Shown here in pieces: positions 63,311 through 64,000 of a stretch of 64,000 nt of DNA (positions are counted from its first letter, which is position 1; each line of letters starts with the position of its first letter). The position numbers were made by a program, and so were the translations under genes. Under the pieces are notes generated by a model. That model saw nothing but the letters and a program-made list of their open reading frames with translations. It did not search any database and was not told the origin of the DNA. Source of the stretch: Amoebophrya sp. A120. Taxonomy: Eukaryota; Protista; Dinoflagellata. The stretch covers positions 62,001-126,000 of the forward strand of contig CAJINV010000031.1 of NCBI GenBank assembly GCA_905178155.1, read 5' to 3'.

Positions 63311-63563
63311 TATCAAGTGTAAAAATGTCTGGGTCTGGAAACTTGTGATGCTGGGCGGCGTATCATGAGGAAGCCGTAAGTGCTGGCTCAGCATGACAAG
63401 CTTTTGAGCTTCTAGGTGTTGCCTATTCTGCATGACAAACTGCGTTTCTGCATGACAGCAAAATGGGGCTCTTGGGTAATGTGCATGACAGATTTAAGAG
63501 TCATGCCAGACTAGCATGACAGAGCTCGCATTCTTCCAGACCCAGACATTTTTGCATTTGATA
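63311..63563. mobile_element. TIR introner element, family A (253 bp), at the stop codon / 3' UTR boundary
   Basis: Family A TIRs; TSD aagac overlaps the TAA stop. Confidence 0.95.
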
Positions 63564-63838
63564 AAGACGTCGCCGTGCCGTACCATTGAACAACTCGAGA
63601 ACTACCTCCGACAGCGACACAAAAGTAGACGTGGGGAAAAAAGAGATCTGAGAAGGTAAGTAAGTACTTTGAGCCGCTTGACAACAGCAGTATACTACGA
63701 CCACCGACTAGTTTGAATCTAGACAAACTGACGCAAGCATAAAAAGCTTCCGCGGAACAACTTTGATGACTACATGAATGCACTGTGAGACAAGCTAGAA
63801 ACTTCCTCTTCGGCAATGCAATTTTTGCGTCTTCCCTA

Positions 63839-63972
63839 GACGTAAAAAACTATTGGCAGCATATGACGTAAAAAACTATTGGCAGCATATGACGTAAAAA
63901 ACTATTGGCAGCATATGTAAAAAACTCAAGATTGGCAGCATATGTAAAAAAACTACTGGCAGCATATGTAAA
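63839..63972 (+). repeat. Tandem repeat, unit about 26 bp, about 5 copies
   Basis: GACGTAAAAAACTATTGGCAGCATAT repeated, later copies degenerate. Confidence 0.9.
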
Positions 63973-64000
63973 TTCTGCAAATCTTCTTCCGCTTCGTTTA

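Noticed and set aside
10638-63816. Dozens of short ORFs sharing peptides MSGSGR, KCKNVWVWK, FQTQTFLHLI, PDPDIFAFD
   Set aside because: These are translations of the family A TIR in different frames and strands, not a protein family.
63839-63972. 26-bp tandem array as telomere or CRISPR
   Set aside because: No spacers and no telomeric motif; ordinary minisatellite.
1-64000. tRNA, rRNA or dinoflagellate spliced-leader sequences
   Set aside because: None recognised by eye; tRNAscan and Rfam searches would be needed to exclude them.

Overview
Eukaryotic, intron-rich DNA, most likely from a syndinian dinoflagellate of the Amoebophrya type (inferred from a DVNP-like gene, all recognisable genes lying on the + strand, and very many non-GT-AG introns). 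The dominant feature is about 50 short (110-670 bp, mostly 250-320 bp) non-coding elements, roughly 20% of the window, falling into about 9 terminal-inverted-repeat (TIR) families. Nearly all begin TAT and end ATA and sit between 5-bp direct repeats (target-site duplications, TSD). 49 interrupt coding sequence and one sits at a stop codon. Where I translated across the junction, deleting the element plus one 5-bp repeat restores the reading frame, so they behave as orientation-independent, non-canonical introner introns. Removing them reveals genes hidden from the ORF track: a dual-specificity phosphatase, a divergent pyruvate carboxylase (14 element introns), a ParB/Srx-like domain protein, a TSP1 Cys-rich surface protein, an apparent membrane-anchored UDP-glycosyltransferase fused to a ROK-like sugar kinase, and an RNI-like LRR protein. 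No transposase is visible. All calls come from reading the sequence by eye; gene starts and some canonical splice sites are approximate.
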